Below, one piece after another: positions 1 to 9,388 of a DNA stretch of 26,648 bases (the stretch's first letter is position 1; every line of letters starts with the position of its first letter). The notes under the pieces were generated by a model. That model was not told the origin of the DNA, searched no databases, and saw only the letters and a program-made list of their open reading frames with translations. This DNA comes from Candidatus Methylomirabilota bacterium. Its GTDB lineage: Bacteria; Methylomirabilota; Methylomirabilia; Rokubacteriales; CSP1-6. A program made the position numbers and the translations under genes. Where the stretch lies: contig JBKPAK010000234.1 in the NCBI GenBank assembly GCA_046726415.1, positions 1 to 26,648 on the forward strand, in the 5' to 3' direction.

Positions 1-116
1 ACTTCATCATCCGCCAGCCGCCCCAAGAACTCGGCCACCAGCCGTCGTTTCTCGAGGCGGCCGCGATTCTCCACGAGTCGCTGGCACAGGGCGACGAATT
101 CTCGGAACGGAGTCAC
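1..116 (-). CDS. ATP-dependent DNA ligase, N-terminal fragment (runs off the window start)
   Basis: Not in the ORF track. Hand translation from GTG at 116 gives MTPFREFVALCQRLVENRGRLEKRRLVAEFLGRLADDE, resembling the DNA_ligase_A_N start of LigB/archaeal-type ligases (..SRLEKxxLLAxxLxxLxxDE). A -10-like CATAAT lies 6 nt upstream. Confidence 0.65.
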   Translation of the reverse strand, partial: MTPFREFVALCQRLVENRGRLEKRRLVAEFLGRLADDE

Positions 117-207
117 CCGCCCATTATGCGAGGCGACCGCGGGGGGCGCGTCGGTTCGGTCGTGCTCGAGCAGGGCGCGTCACTTCATCCGGCGGCCGCG
201 CGCAGCG

Positions 208-453
208 TCATCCGGCGATGAGGAACGCGACGGCGCTCCACGCGGCCAGGCCACTGAGGGCGATTGCCATCCTACCGATCTCCCGGCCGAGGCTCGACCT
301 CTCCATGTGTCGAGTAGTCCCGCGCAAAAAAGGGGCCGACCGCCGACGCTTGACTGAACACCGCGGCCGGCGCGGAGAGATGATCGTCGGGCGTGCAAGA
401 CGCCGGACGACCGATCGACGAAGAGACGGGTATCGCCGCGTGGAGGTATTCAT
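208..453 (-). CDS. Small hypothetical protein: basic N-terminus, single C-terminal TM helix
   Basis: ATG preceded by AGAAAGG at 6 nt, 17 bp downstream of the lexA stop. C-terminal MAIALSGLAAWSAVAFLIAG is hydrophobic. A shorter 32-aa version starting at MERSS is possible. Confidence 0.45.
   Translation of the reverse strand: MNTSTRRYPSLRRSVVRRLARPTIISPRRPRCSVKRRRSAPFLRGTTRHMERSSLGREIGRMAIALSGLAAWSAVAFLIAG
326..371 (-). terminator. Intrinsic terminator-like hairpin
   Basis: Minus-strand GCCGGCCGC...GCGGTCGGC stem (one G-U pair) followed by CCC-TTTTTT. It lies inside the 208..453 ORF. Confidence 0.35.
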
Positions 454-470
454 AACGCGCCTTTCTCGGG

Positions 471-1106
471 CTAGAAGCCTCTGACGACTCCGACGACTTT
501 GCCGAGGATGGTGACAGCGCGGGCTCGCGGGTCCACGACGATGGGCGTCATCGCCGGGTTCTCGGGCTTCAGCACGACGAGATCGCCGTCGCGCAGGAAG
601 CGTTTCACCGTCGCCTCGGGCTCGCCGCCATCGCCCAGCAGGGCGACCACGATGTCGTTGGGCTGCGCCGAATCTTGGCGGCGCACGACTACGAGGTCGC
701 CGTCACAAATGTGAGCCGCGATCATGCTCTCCCCGCGCACGCGCAGTCCGAAGAAGTCCTCCGGACGCCCGGGGAGCGCCGCGGGGACGATCGGGAGCTC
801 GCCTTCCCGGTGCTCTTCAGCGAGGAGGGGCGCCCCGGCGGCGATGCGCCCGAGGATCGGGACGCGCGGAAGTTCGTCGCTGATCAGTGGGCGCGCCACG
901 GTGAGGGCGCGGGACGTCCGCCCAGCGCTCTCGCGGCGCTTCAGCGCCCCTTTCCGCTCCAGGGCCTTGAGATGGTCGAAGGCCGCGCGAGGCGTCATGC
1001 GGAACCGCGCGCCGATCTCGCGCACCGTGGGGGGCACACCATGTTGGGCGCTGAACGCGCCGACGAACCTCAAAACGTCGTGCTGCCGGCTTGTCAGCTC
1101 GCGCAT
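471..1106 (-). CDS. lexA: SOS repressor LexA
   Basis: LTSRQ...PPTVREIG wHTH, Ala-Gly cleavage site (RIAAGAP), catalytic Ser (GESM) and Lys (ATVKR). Start placed at MRELT (1106), which has GGAGG 9 nt upstream. Confidence 0.96.
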   Translation of the reverse strand: MRELTSRQHDVLRFVGAFSAQHGVPPTVREIGARFRMTPRAAFDHLKALERKGALKRRESAGRTSRALTVARPLISDELPRVPILGRIAAGAPLLAEEHREGELPIVPAALPGRPEDFFGLRVRGESMIAAHICDGDLVVVRRQDSAQPNDIVVALLGDGGEPEATVKRFLRDGDLVVLKPENPAMTPIVVDPRARAVTILGKVVGVVRGF

Positions 1107-1128
1107 GCCCGGTGACCTCCGCGAACCG

Positions 1129-1175
1129 AGCATGACTCAACGTCTGTTGAGAAGTCAACTTTTGCGAAAAGTCGA
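1129..1175 (-). promoter_or_regulatory. lexA sigma70-type promoter with palindromic operator candidate(s)
   Basis: TTGACT (1158-1153)-N18-CATGCT (1134-1129). Perfect palindrome CTCAAC-N4-GTTGAG (1136-1151) in the spacer. A second inverted repeat TCAACTTTT-GCG-AAAAGTCGA (1155-1175) overlaps the -35. Confidence 0.65.
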
Positions 1176-1261
1176 TCGAGCCCGGCGAATCTAGCGAGTG
1201 TCACCCGGCTGGGAGCGCTGGGAGGAGGCCCAGGCCCCGCCAAGCCAATACACGTCCCCGA

Positions 1262-1741
1262 TCAAGCGGGTTCCCAGGGCTCGCACACCGGGCAGGTCAC
1301 GAGGCCCTGGTCCCGGGCGTCTACGAGTTGCTTGAAATACAGGCGATCGATTTCCGGAATGCGCTTGACCCAAGCGCAGTCGCGGCGATGGAAAATCTTC
1401 GAGTTGCGCTGGGCACAGAAGGGCTCGGTGCCGGTGTCCTCGGGAAGAGCCGGCGTCGCGGACGCAGAAGTCTCGTCGGGCACCACCGCGGGCGTGGGCG
1501 TCGGGTCCAAGGACGGAGACTCGGTCACCGCTCCGAAGGTGGAGGGCGGCTCTCTCACCGGATCGGGATCGTTGATGTGAAGATTCGTCTCCACGGTCGA
1601 CCGGAACTCGTCGCTGGCCCGTCGGAACTCCCGCATGGCCCGACCGAACATCCGGCCCAGTTCTGGCAGCTTCGACGGGCCGAACACGAGGAGGGCGAGG
1701 ACGCCGATCAACAGAATTTCCTGAAAACCGATGTCGAACAT
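1262..1741 (-). CDS. TatA/TatB-family translocase subunit fused to a C-terminal Ada-type Zn-binding domain
   Basis: N-terminus [40 protein letters not shown] is TatA/B. A Pro/Thr/acidic linker follows. C-terminus [10 protein letters not shown]...YF...A...G..TCPVCEP matches the Ada metal-binding domain pattern. Confidence 0.85.
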   Translation of the reverse strand: MFDIGFQEILLIGVLALLVFGPSKLPELGRMFGRAMREFRRASDEFRSTVETNLHINDPDPVREPPSTFGAVTESPSLDPTPTPAVVPDETSASATPALPEDTGTEPFCAQRNSKIFHRRDCAWVKRIPEIDRLYFKQLVDARDQGLVTCPVCEPWEPA

Positions 1742-1746
1742 CCCCG

Positions 1747-2559
1747 CTAGCGTACACCCCCTGGGTCGGACTTCGCGATCCCGACCAAGGCAAGCAGCTC
1801 GTCGAACGAGCGGATCACCACGTCGGCATCGCGAGGGTCGGGCTGACCATCTGGCGCATACAGCACGGTGTGCATCCCGGCGGCCCGGCCTCCTCGCATA
1901 TCGGCGGCCGGGGTATCCCCGACCATGGCCGTGACGTCGGGTGACACGCCCATGCGCCGCATGGTTACGTGGAAGAGGGGCGGATCGGGCTTTCCGACCA
2001 CGAGTGGGCGAACGCCTGCTGCCACCGCTACTGCCTCCACGAACGCGCCGCAGCCGGGCAGGAAGTCGCCGTCCTCGAGAGGCAGTCGGGGATCCAGGTT
2101 GGGCGTCACCAGTGGAGCGCCGGCCGCGGCCACCCGCGCCGCGGCGGCCAGGCGCGCGTAGCTGACATCGAAGTCGTTGCCCACCACCACGATGGTGGCA
2201 CGTCGCGCGTCATCGAAGGCGACGAGGTCGTGACCGCCGCGGCGCACGGCTTCCACCAGCTCGGGCGCGCCCATGACGAGCACGCGCGACCGCCCGAAGC
2301 GCTCGGCGATGAACTCGCCGATGATCTCGAGCGGAGTCACCACGTGCTCGGCGACCTCGATGCCGTGGCCGCGCAGCCGCCGCCGCAGATCCGCGCCGGT
2401 GGCCCGCGAGTTGTTCGACAGGAAACCGATGGCACGGCCGCTCGCGTGCAGGGCCAAGAGGGCCTGGCGCGCCCCCGGCTCCAGGGTGGAGCCGTTCCAG
2501 ACGCAGCCATCCAGGTCGAAGACGAATCCCCGCAGCTGGGCGAGTGTGCCGGCCGGCAC
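1747..2559 (-). CDS. HAD-IIA (NagD-like) phosphatase
   Basis: Motifs FDLDG, LSNNS, VVGKP, MVGDT..DMRGG. Confidence 0.92.
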   Translation of the reverse strand: MPAGTLAQLRGFVFDLDGCVWNGSTLEPGARQALLALHASGRAIGFLSNNSRATGADLRRRLRGHGIEVAEHVVTPLEIIGEFIAERFGRSRVLVMGAPELVEAVRRGGHDLVAFDDARRATIVVVGNDFDVSYARLAAAARVAAAGAPLVTPNLDPRLPLEDGDFLPGCGAFVEAVAVAAGVRPLVVGKPDPPLFHVTMRRMGVSPDVTAMVGDTPAADMRGGRAAGMHTVLYAPDGQPDPRDADVVIRSFDELLALVGIAKSDPGGVR

Positions 2560-2565
2560 GGCGTG

Positions 2566-3747
2566 CTACTGATCCTCCGCGTGGCGTCGAAAGTCGTCGA
2601 TGGCCGCCCGGTAGAGAGCCTCGGTGCGGGCGGCCACGCTCTCCCAGCTGAATCTCTCCTCGACGCGCGCGCGCCCGGCCCGGCCCATGGCCTTCGCGCG
2701 CCTGCCGTCGCTCAAGGGCTGCAGCAGGGCCGCCGCGAGCTGACCTGGCTGCCGCGGGGGAACGAGCAGACCGGTCACGCCGTCCTCGACGACCTCGAGA
2801 ATGCCTCCGACGGCCGAGGCCACCACCGGGACCTCGCACGCCATCGCCTCCAAGTTGATGAGACCGAAGGGCTCGTAGACCGAGGGACAGCAGAAGACGG
2901 CGGCGTGGCTGTAAAGCTGGATCACGTCCTCTACTGGCAGCATTTCACCGATCCAGCGGACGTTCGGCCGTTCCGTCACGCGCTGGCGCAGCCGCGCCTC
3001 GATCTCGGGGGTGTCGGGCGCGGAAGCGCACAGAACCACCTGCACCTCCGCGGGAAGGGCCGTCGCTGCCTCGAGCAGATCGAAGATCCCCTTCTGGTCG
3101 GTGATGCGGCCGACGAAGAGCACGTACGGCTCGCGCACCCCCCATCGCCTCAGGGCGTCGCGCTGGGGCGTCCGGCGGTAGCGATCGGGATCGATGCCGT
3201 TGTGGATCACCACCACGCGGGCGGGATCGACCCGGAAGTGCTGCAAGATGTCCTCGCGCATCCGGGCTGACACCGCGATGACCCGGTCGGCGGCCTCCAC
3301 GGTCGTCCGTTCGATCCACGTGGAGACGAGGTAGCCCGTGCCGAGCTGATCGACCTTCCAGGGGCGAAGCGGCTCCATGCTGTGCAGGGTGACCACGAGG
3401 GGGACTCGATGGAGCATGCGGATGAGGAGCCCGGCCATGTCGGCGTACCACGTATGCGCGTGCGCCACGTCGGCGTCGACGGCGTCGCGCGCCATGGCCA
3501 GGTTGATGGAGAGCGTCTCCAGCGCCGGCGCGTAGCGCGGATGATCGGGGCCGCTCCCGACCCGCTCCCACGGCACGTAGCCCCGGACGTCGATGTCTTC
3601 CTTCGCCCGATCAGTCCGGCGCTCACCGAAGCAGCGCACCTCCACCGCCATGCGCCGCGAGAGGGCCCGGGCGAGTTGCTCCGCGACGACGCCCGCGCCA
3701 CCGTAGACGTGCGGTGGGTACTCCCGCGTGAGCACCAGGACTTTCAC
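2566..3747 (-). CDS. glgA: GT4 glycogen synthase, actinobacterial GlgA/GlgM type (maltose-1-phosphate synthase family)
   Basis: [66 protein letters not shown]. Confidence 0.88.
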   Translation of the reverse strand: MKVLVLTREYPPHVYGGAGVVAEQLARALSRRMAVEVRCFGERRTDRAKEDIDVRGYVPWERVGSGPDHPRYAPALETLSINLAMARDAVDADVAHAHTWYADMAGLLIRMLHRVPLVVTLHSMEPLRPWKVDQLGTGYLVSTWIERTTVEAADRVIAVSARMREDILQHFRVDPARVVVIHNGIDPDRYRRTPQRDALRRWGVREPYVLFVGRITDQKGIFDLLEAATALPAEVQVVLCASAPDTPEIEARLRQRVTERPNVRWIGEMLPVEDVIQLYSHAAVFCCPSVYEPFGLINLEAMACEVPVVASAVGGILEVVEDGVTGLLVPPRQPGQLAAALLQPLSDGRRAKAMGRAGRARVEERFSWESVAARTEALYRAAIDDFRRHAEDQ

Positions 3748-5138
3748 GAGGCGGAAGCGGAATCCTGACTCCCGCCGCCGTCCGCCTCCTCCAGGCGCTC
3801 CAGCTTGCGTGAGACCGTGCGCGGGTCGATTCCCAGGAGTCTGGCCGTGAGGGTCTTGTTGCCGCGGGTGATCCGGAGGGTTTCGTCGAGGAGGCGCTGC
3901 TGCACCTCCGCCAGCGGCGTCCCGATCCGGATCGTGAGCACGCCCTCGGGGATCGGGGTGGCCCCGGAGACTTCTTCGGGAAGGTCTGGCACGTCGATGA
4001 GGGGCCCGCTGGCCAGGACCACCCCTCGCTCGATCACGTTCTCGAGCTCCCGCACGTTCCCCGGCCAGGCGTACGCTTCCAGCCGCTTGATGGCCTCCTC
4101 GCTGAGCCCTTCCAGGTTGCGGTTGTTCTTGGCCGCGTAGAAGCTCACGAAGTGCTGGGCGAGCAGTCGCACATCTTCCCGGCGCTCCCGGAGCGGGGGG
4201 ACTCGAATGGTGATGACGTTCAAACGGTAGTACAGATCCTTGCGGAAGCGCTTGTCCTTCACCATCTGGGCTACATCCTGGTTGGTGGCCGCGATCACGC
4301 GCACGTCAACTTTGAGGCTCTTGGTGCCTCCCAGGCGCTCGAACTCACCTTCCTGAAGGACTCGGAGGATCTTCGGCTGGGTCACCGGCGAGAGGTCAGC
4401 GACCTCGTCGAGGAACAGGCTGCCGCCGTCGGCCAGCTCGAAGCGCCCCTCCTTGCGTCCCACCGCTCCCGTGAAGGCGCCCTTCTCGTAGCCGAACAGC
4501 TCCGACTCCAGGAGCTGCTCGGGCAGAGCGGCGCAGTTCACCGCCACGAAGGGCCCCCGCCGACGCGCGGAGCGCTCGTGGATCTTGTTGGCCACGCCCT
4601 CCTTGCCGGTGCCGCTCTCGCCGATGAGCAGGATGGTGGCGGAGCTGTCGGCCACCTGATCGACGAGGGTCATCATGCGCCGGAAGGCCGGACTGAGACC
4701 GATGAACTGAGGCTTGCCGCGCAGATGCTCGATCTGCTGGCGGAGCGCCTTGTTCTGCTCGATGAGGGCGCGCCGTTCCAGCGCCTTGGTCACGATCTTG
4801 AGGAGTTGCTCGCCCCGGAAGGGCTTGGTGATGAAGTCGTACGCGCCGTCTTTCATGGCGCTCACCGCCTCTTCGACCGTCCCGAAGGCGGTGAGCAGGA
4901 TGACGTCGACGTCCATCGGAATGGCTTTGATGGCGCGCAGCAGCTCGAGGCCGGTGAGTCCCGGCATCTTGAGATCGGTCAGCACGAGATCGACACCGCC
5001 GGCTTGGAGCTGCCCGAGGGCGGCGCGGCCGTCGGAGGCGAGGACCACTCGGTAGCCGGCGCGCGTCAGCGTGCGCTGCAGGCTTTCGCGCAGTCCTGGA
5101 TCGTCGTCGGCGACCAGAAGGGTGGCTGGATCAGACAT
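3744..5138 (-). CDS. Sigma54-dependent response regulator (REC-AAA+-Fis HTH; NtrC/AtoC/PilR family)
   Basis: [51 protein letters not shown]-terminal HTH. Start at MSDPA (5138) overlaps the kinase stop. Confidence 0.94.
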   Translation of the reverse strand: MSDPATLLVADDDPGLRESLQRTLTRAGYRVVLASDGRAALGQLQAGGVDLVLTDLKMPGLTGLELLRAIKAIPMDVDVILLTAFGTVEEAVSAMKDGAYDFITKPFRGEQLLKIVTKALERRALIEQNKALRQQIEHLRGKPQFIGLSPAFRRMMTLVDQVADSSATILLIGESGTGKEGVANKIHERSARRRGPFVAVNCAALPEQLLESELFGYEKGAFTGAVGRKEGRFELADGGSLFLDEVADLSPVTQPKILRVLQEGEFERLGGTKSLKVDVRVIAATNQDVAQMVKDKRFRKDLYYRLNVITIRVPPLRERREDVRLLAQHFVSFYAAKNNRNLEGLSEEAIKRLEAYAWPGNVRELENVIERGVVLASGPLIDVPDLPEEVSGATPIPEGVLTIRIGTPLAEVQQRLLDETLRITRGNKTLTARLLGIDPRTVSRKLERLEEADGGGSQDSASAS

Positions 5139-6423
5139 GGTCGGCTCGCTTGAGGGGCAAACCGATGGTGAAGACGGCGCCACGCGGACCATTGACCCAG
5201 CACAGTTCACCACCGTGCTCCTCGATGATCTGGCGGGCGATCGACAGGCCGAGGCCCGTGCCCTGCGGTTTGGTGGTAAAGAACGGCTCGAAGAGACGAC
5301 GCCCGACGTCCTCGGCGATGCCCCCTCCGCTGTCCGACACCGAGATCTCGACGGTCTCGCCCCTAGCACGACTCGCGATGGTGATCTCACCACCGCTGGA
5401 CAGGGCTTCCATGCCGTTCTTCACCAGATTCAGGATGGCCAGGCGCAGCAGTCCACGGTCGATCTCCATCCTGGGAGTCCCAGGATCAGTTTCCACCCGG
5501 ACGATCAGCCCTTGACGCGTGGCCAGGGGACGGACGAACTCCGCCAGCTCATCCACCAGGTGGTTGATCGATTCCTCCTCGAAGTGTGGCTTGGGAAAGC
5601 GGGCGAACTGTAGATACTCCTCGGTGAGCGCGTCGAGCGCACTCACCTGGTCGAGAATGCCCGCCACCAGATGGGTGGCCTCGCCCATCTCGGATCGCGC
5701 CTCTTTCACGAGGTCCTGCAGCATCTCGGCGTTCAGCTCAATGGCGCTGATGGGATTGCGCACCTCGTGGGCGACCTTGAGCGACAGCCGCCCGACGGTG
5801 GCCATGCGCTCGGCCACCAGCAACTCGCCCTGCGTGGCCTCGAGCCGGTTGAGCGTGCCCTTGAGCTCGTCGTTGAGACGCTCCACTTCGCCGCGCGCGC
5901 GGCGTTCGCGCTCGGCCACGAGTCCGAGGATGACCGCGGGCAATCCGAAGACGAAGAGGAGGAGCAGGACCGGCGTCCAACCGACCCACGGTGGGACCAG
6001 TGCCGCCGCAGCGGCGTACAAGCCGCCGGCCGCCAGCGCCGCCCCCAAGCCGACGAGCGGGCCGAAATAGTAGGCGTTGACGCCCACCAGCGGAAAGAAC
6101 AGCACGTAGAAGAGACTGTAGGCGGCACCGGTCAGGCAGAGCAACGCGAACACCAGGCACAGGTCGATGGCGAGGGCGCCGAGAAAAATCAAGCGGGTGG
6201 CGCGCGGGTTCACGGTGACGAGAGCGAAGACCCCGAGCTTGTAGGCCGCGAACCAGAACACCAGCCGGTAGAGGTCGACCTCGTGCGGCGGTCGCAAGGG
6301 TACGAGTCCCAACGTGGCGAGGCCTCCGACCATCCCGACGGCGAGGAGCACGGCGAAGACGCGCTCGTCGTGCTCGAGCAGCCGAACGATCACGGTGAGC
6401 GGTGTGCGCTCTGCGGAGGTCAT
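5131..6423 (-). CDS. Membrane sensor histidine kinase (multi-TM, no obvious extracytoplasmic domain)
   Basis: About six hydrophobic helices, coiled coil, H-box AHEVRNP, N-box NLVKNG, DSGGG, FEPFFTTK, GTGLGL. Start chosen at MTSAE. Confidence 0.92.
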   Translation of the reverse strand: MTSAERTPLTVIVRLLEHDERVFAVLLAVGMVGGLATLGLVPLRPPHEVDLYRLVFWFAAYKLGVFALVTVNPRATRLIFLGALAIDLCLVFALLCLTGAAYSLFYVLFFPLVGVNAYYFGPLVGLGAALAAGGLYAAAAALVPPWVGWTPVLLLLFVFGLPAVILGLVAERERRARGEVERLNDELKGTLNRLEATQGELLVAERMATVGRLSLKVAHEVRNPISAIELNAEMLQDLVKEARSEMGEATHLVAGILDQVSALDALTEEYLQFARFPKPHFEEESINHLVDELAEFVRPLATRQGLIVRVETDPGTPRMEIDRGLLRLAILNLVKNGMEALSSGGEITIASRARGETVEISVSDSGGGIAEDVGRRLFEPFFTTKPQGTGLGLSIARQIIEEHGGELCWVNGPRGAVFTIGLPLKRADHV

Positions 6424-6436
6424 TCCCGGTGACGCG

Positions 6437-6457
6437 ACTATAGCATCAGTGTATACT
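6437..6457. promoter_or_regulatory. Back-to-back divergent -10 elements
   Basis: In the 52-bp gap: minus-strand TG-C-TATAGT (6445-6437) towards the kinase and plus-strand TATACT (6452-6457) towards the glycosyltransferase. Confidence 0.45.
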
Positions 6458-6475
6458 TCCTCCATCCCCGCCCCG

Positions 6476-7558
6476 ATGAAGGCCACAATTCTGCATACCG
6501 AGGCGTCTCTTGGCTTCGGCGGGCAGGAGCTGCGGATCCTCACCGAAGTCCGATGGCTCCTCGACCACGGCTGGTCGGCCGGCATCGCGGCCCAGCCCGG
6601 AAGTCGACTCCTCGCCGAGGCCCGCGCCGCCGGGCTTCCGATTTGTCCGGTGGCCATGACCAGTCCCGTGGGGCTTCCGGCCATTGTGCGATTGCGTCGC
6701 GTCATGCAGGCCCGTCGCGTCGATCTCGTTCACACGCACAGCTCGGTGGACAGCTGGGTCGCCACCTTGGCCGCGAAGTCTGCAGGGTGTCGGGTCGTCC
6801 GGAGCCGCCACGTGTCCATCGGGATCCGTCGCCGTCGCGGGCTCATCTATCGCCTCGCCGATCGGGTCATCACGAGCGGCGAGCACGTGAGGCAGATGGT
6901 GATGTCGGTCGGCGTCCCCGCCGATCGCGTGGTGGCCATTCCCGCCGGCATCGACGCCACGCGCTTCGGCCCGGATGTCTCGGGCGCTTCCGTGCGCTCG
7001 GAGCTCGCCCTCACGGGTCCCGTCGTCGGGCTCGTCGCCAACATCCGGGGCTCGAAGGGGCATCGATTCTTCCTCGAGGCCGCCCGCCTCGTTCTGGCCA
7101 GGCGTCCCGACACGCGCTTCCTCATCGTGGGCGATGGCGTGGGCTTCGAGGACGTCCGGCGCCGCGTCGCCGAGATGGCGCTCGACGCGGTGGTGCTGAT
7201 GACCGGATTTCGCCACGATGTCCCGGAGATCATGGCGGCCCTCGACGTGCTGGCCCTCCCGTCCATTCGGTCGGAGGCCTTTCCCCAGGTGGTGGCGCAA
7301 GCGCTGGCCGTCGGCACCGCGGTGGTCGGCACGACAGTGGGGGGAATTCCTGAGATCATTCGCGAGGGGCAGACCGGTCGGCTGGTGCCGCCCGCGGACG
7401 CCGAGGCGCTGGCGGGTGCCATCCTGGATCTGCTGGGCGATGTCGAAGCCGCCCGGGCTATGGCGCGGCGCGGTCAGGCGCTCGTGCGCGAGCGCTTCAC
7501 CGTCGACGCCATGATGGCCGCGACCATCGCCGTCTACCGGTCGGTGCTGGCCCGATGA
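6476..7558 (+). CDS. GT4 family glycosyltransferase
   Basis: ILHTEASLGFGGQELRIL, HTHSS.DSW, KGH, LPSIRSEAFPQVVAQA, VGGIPEII. Confidence 0.9.
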   Translation: MKATILHTEASLGFGGQELRILTEVRWLLDHGWSAGIAAQPGSRLLAEARAAGLPICPVAMTSPVGLPAIVRLRRVMQARRVDLVHTHSSVDSWVATLAAKSAGCRVVRSRHVSIGIRRRRGLIYRLADRVITSGEHVRQMVMSVGVPADRVVAIPAGIDATRFGPDVSGASVRSELALTGPVVGLVANIRGSKGHRFFLEAARLVLARRPDTRFLIVGDGVGFEDVRRRVAEMALDAVVLMTGFRHDVPEIMAALDVLALPSIRSEAFPQVVAQALAVGTAVVGTTVGGIPEIIREGQTGRLVPPADAEALAGAILDLLGDVEAARAMARRGQALVRERFTVDAMMAATIAVYRSVLAR

Positions 7559-8265
7559 TCCGCGTGGGTACGTCGGGCTACAACTACCCCGCCTGGCGCG
7601 GGTCCTTCTATCCCGAGCGGCTGGCCGCGGCCAAGATGCTGCCCTTCTACGCGGAGCGCTTCGGCACCGTCGAGATCAACGCCACGTTCTATCGCATGCC
7701 GTCGCCCACGACCGTTACCGCCTGGGCCGGGGCCACCCCTTCTGATTTCGTGTTCTCACTGAAGGCGCCCCAGCGCATCACCCACATCGGCCGCCTGGCC
7801 AACGTCGAGCAGCCGGTGCGCTTCTTCGCGGAGACGGCCCGCAACCTTGGGGCCAAGCTGGGGCCGCTGCTATTTCAGTTCCCGCCATCGTTCCGCAAGA
7901 ACACCGACCGCCTAGCCGACGTGCTCGGCCAGCTACCTCCGGATCTCCGCGTGGCCTTCGAGTTCCGCCATTCCTCGTGGTTCGCCGCCGACGTGTATGC
8001 CCTTCTCGGCGGCCGCGACGCCGCCCTCTGCATCGTCGACAGTGAGGAAGGCACCACGCCCGACGTGGCCACGGCTTCCTGGGGATACATGCGGCTGCGC
8101 GACCGCGACTACACCGACCTCGAGCTCACGGCGTGGGCGGCCCGCCTGGCCCGGGCGGGCTGGCGTGATGCTTTCGTGTACTTCAAACACGAGGACACCG
8201 GACTCGGGCCCGCGCTCGCTGCCCGACTGCTCACGCGATTGCCCCCGTCGCCTCGCGCCAATTGA
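7555..8265 (+). CDS. DUF72 (YecE-like) protein
   Basis: VGTSGY.Y..W.G.FYP, VEINATFYR.P, LKAPQRITH, LLFQFPPSF, FEFRH.SW, YFKHE. ATGA overlap with the glycosyltransferase stop. Confidence 0.92.
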   Translation: MIRVGTSGYNYPAWRGSFYPERLAAAKMLPFYAERFGTVEINATFYRMPSPTTVTAWAGATPSDFVFSLKAPQRITHIGRLANVEQPVRFFAETARNLGAKLGPLLFQFPPSFRKNTDRLADVLGQLPPDLRVAFEFRHSSWFAADVYALLGGRDAALCIVDSEEGTTPDVATASWGYMRLRDRDYTDLELTAWAARLARAGWRDAFVYFKHEDTGLGPALAARLLTRLPPSPRAN

Positions 8266-8281
8266 CGACCGACGCCGTGCT

Positions 8282-8305
8282 CGGGCGCCTCGCCGACGGC
8301 GCCCG
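8282..8305. terminator. GC-rich hairpin between convergent genes
   Basis: CGGGCGCC-N8-GGCGCCCG perfect 8-bp stem with no U tract. Confidence 0.4.
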
Positions 8306-8337
8306 CCGCGACGGATCGACCAGGGCAGCCCAGCTGG

Positions 8338-9348
8338 TCAGCGCCTCACGTCGCGCGCCGGCTTGTCCTCACGCAGGCCGAGGAACGTCGGATGGCGCAG
8401 GCGGCGATCCGCGGTCCACTCGGTGAATCCGACTTGGGCCACCAGGTGCGGCTCGAGCCACGTGGCGCCCGGAAACTTTGCGAGATCGGCGAACGGCGAC
8501 GTCGACCGGATGAGCGGCTCGAAGCGCCGGCCCAGATCCGCCAGGGTCGCCGCGGTGAAGCCCGTGCCCACCCCACCCGCATACCGCAGCTCGGCGCCGT
8601 CATAGACCCCGACGAGCAATGCGCCGAAGTGTGCCCGCGAACCCTCGGGGCGGGTGAAGCCACCGACCACGAACTCCTCTTCGTTGCGAAGCTTGATCTT
8701 TTTCCAGGCCGGTGATCGCAGCCCGGCGAGGTACTGGGACTGCGGATCCTTGGCGATGAGGCCTTCGAGCCCCAGTCGCTTGGCCTGGGCGAGCGCGCGC
8801 CGTCCATCGGACCCTAGCCGGCGTGCGACCTTGAGAGCAGGCCCTTCGCGCATTTCCCGCTCGAGCGCCGCGCGGCGTTCGACCAGCGGGCACGCGCGGA
8901 GGTCGTGGCCCCGCGCGTAGAGACAGTCGAAGACCACGAAGACCTCCTCACCGCCCTCCCCGCGCTGCAGGAGCCCGAAGCGGGACACCGCCTCGGCATC
9001 AAAGACGACGGCCTCGCCATCGAGGGCCAGGGTGGGCGCCGGCAGTGTCCGCACGGCCTCCGCGATCCGCGGGAAGCGCTCGGTGCGATCGATCATATTG
9101 CGGGTCATGAGGCTGACGCGCGCGCCCTCCTTGTAGGCGATGAGCCGGATGCCGTCGTACTTCTCCTCATAGATCCAGCCGGGTCGGTGAAACGCGCCCG
9201 CGACGAGCGTGGCGAGCATGGGCCCAACGCGGAAGGGGATGGGAGCTATTTCGTCCTCGAAGGGACGACCCTCGGGGGGCGTGGCCACGCGCCGGACGCG
9301 AGGGCCAGGCTCGCCTCCGTGCAGCCGCCGGGCCCGCTTGGCCTTCAT
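8338..9348 (-). CDS. ligD: ATP-dependent DNA ligase, LigD ligase module only (adenylation + OB domains)
   Basis: PMLATL, WIYEEKYDGIR (KxDG), LDGE, VFDCLY, EGLIAK, W.KIK, VVGGFT...G.R..FGALLVG, VGTGF, LRHPTFLGLREDK. No polymerase or phosphoesterase domain. Confidence 0.9.
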   Translation of the reverse strand: MKAKRARRLHGGEPGPRVRRVATPPEGRPFEDEIAPIPFRVGPMLATLVAGAFHRPGWIYEEKYDGIRLIAYKEGARVSLMTRNMIDRTERFPRIAEAVRTLPAPTLALDGEAVVFDAEAVSRFGLLQRGEGGEEVFVVFDCLYARGHDLRACPLVERRAALEREMREGPALKVARRLGSDGRRALAQAKRLGLEGLIAKDPQSQYLAGLRSPAWKKIKLRNEEEFVVGGFTRPEGSRAHFGALLVGVYDGAELRYAGGVGTGFTAATLADLGRRFEPLIRSTSPFADLAKFPGATWLEPHLVAQVGFTEWTADRRLRHPTFLGLREDKPARDVRR

Positions 9349-9388
9349 GCTCTCTGCCTACGCAGACCTCGACCTTATGTGAACGCGC

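Noticed and set aside
1969-5613. Long plus-strand ORFs (433, 333, 180 aa etc.)
   Set aside because: Antisense shadows of well-supported minus-strand genes, typical of high-GC DNA.
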